This document shows, one piece after another, positions 63,543 to 64,000 of a stretch of 64,000 bases of DNA. The translations under genes and the position numbers were made by a program. The notes below the pieces were generated by a model that saw nothing but the letters and a program-made list of their open reading frames with translations, did not search any database and had not been told where the DNA came from. The stretch spans positions 470-64,469 of the forward strand of contig DATNEI010000107.1 of the NCBI GenBank assembly GCA_035606795.1. The letters run 5' to 3'. The stretch is from Pyrinomonadaceae bacterium (lineage in GTDB: Bacteria > Acidobacteriota > Blastocatellia > Pyrinomonadales > Pyrinomonadaceae). The number at the start of each line of letters is the position of its first letter. Within the stretch, counting starts at the first letter, position 1.

Positions 63543-63576
63543 CGGCAACACAACATTCAGACACTACCTACAGACT
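63543..63576. repeat. Right terminal inverted repeat (63543..63568) plus right target-site duplication (TACAGACT, 63569..63576)
   Basis: cggcaacacaacattcagacactacc followed by tacagact. The TSD overlaps the TAG stop (63575..63577) of the flanking ORF. Confidence 0.95.
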
Positions 63577-64000
63577 ATCGTTGATCCTTGTTAGCCCACA
63601 TGCTGCCATCCTCAAAGAACGCAACCACGCGAACTACGACCTGCGTTTTGTCCACAGCATCCAACCAAAATTTGGGATTTGCTGCGGGATTTCCACCGAC
63701 ACGGACGAAATTCTCGGATCGCACGGTAAATCTTTGTCCCGGTTTAATCGATTGTTCTTTTATGTAGATCCCGAATTTGGTGCCTGCTCCTTTGTCTACG
63801 ATCATGAGACCTATTCCCGTTATGGTCTTATTGGATACATTTTGCACCACCACTTGAGGTTTGGAAATGACTTCACCTGTTCGCCCCGGCTGCGCCGTGA
63901 GTCGACGATATTCATCCCCTGAAATCACGTGAACTTTGGCTTCGAGAATCTTCAGCGGCGCATCGTCGTCCTGTTCCGCTCGCAGCGGAAATTCTCCCAA
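63575..64000 (-). CDS. Hypothetical protein, C-terminal part (continues beyond the window)
   Basis: Open to the window edge with a beta-rich pattern. Before the transposon inserted, its stop lay 17 nt upstream of the 34-aa peptide ORF. Confidence 0.5.
   Translation of the reverse strand: MGEFPLRAEQDDDAPLKILEAKVHVISGDEYRRLTAQPGRTGEVISKPQVVVQNVSNKTITGIGLMIVDKGAGTKFGIYIKEQSIKPGQRFTVRSENFVRVGGNPAANPKFWLDAVDKTQVVVRVVAFFEDGSMWANKDQR

Larger units (their letters stand above)
60024..63568 (-). mobile_element. IS1-family cargo transposon (ISMhu11-like size class), 3545 bp
   Basis: Perfect 26-bp terminal IRs starting GGTAGTG (IS1 ends are GGnnnTG as I recall), flanked by the 8-bp direct repeat TACAGACT. 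It holds a single-ORF IS1-like transposase. GC is visibly lower than in the flanks. Confidence 0.9.

Overview
GC-rich bacterial chromosomal window. Gene content and the style of its palindromic repeats suggest an Acidobacteriota-like soil organism, but that is inference only. The backbone is housekeeping: skp (partial)-bamA, clpC, a lipid A acyltransferase cluster, topA-dprA, tRNA-Sec, aspS, tkt and glnE-glnA. There is also a boxC-boxB (aerobic benzoyl-CoA) cluster with a TetR gene, two crotonases and an SDR. Four items stand out. (1) Two tandem paralogous secreted S8 subtilases (6.5-12.3 kb) each carry, behind a signal peptide, a ClpB/ClpC-type AAA+ D1 module with both Walker motifs destroyed. 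Each ends in two blocks of GVVLGD hexapeptide repeats. They lie divergently beside the real clpC and share a near-identical 5' tract, which points to gene conversion. (2) A RecQ-like helicase fused to a ComF-type phosphoribosyltransferase is translationally coupled to a second DprA/Smf-like gene. This is the RqlHI/PsyrTA-type toxin-antitoxin/defence architecture, and it sits directly beside the housekeeping topA-dprA pair. (3) A 3.5-kb IS1-family cargo transposon (60024-63568) has perfect 26-bp terminal inverted repeats and an 8-bp target duplication. It carries three passenger ORFs, a ~190-nt multi-helix leader, a nested perfect 33-bp inverted repeat and a very AT-rich tract. It split a two-gene operon whose distal gene encodes a 34-aa Cys-rich lipoprotein-like peptide. 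(4) Intergenic palindromes are unusually dense and diverse. They include hairpins built from inverted arrays of tandem 7-, 8- or 10-mers, an AATTAG-terminated element that donates stop codons to three genes, and REP-like double hairpins, one inserted in frame (72 bp) inside boxC. No CRISPR array, rRNA or prophage was seen. All similarity statements rest on motif recognition by eye; no searches were run.
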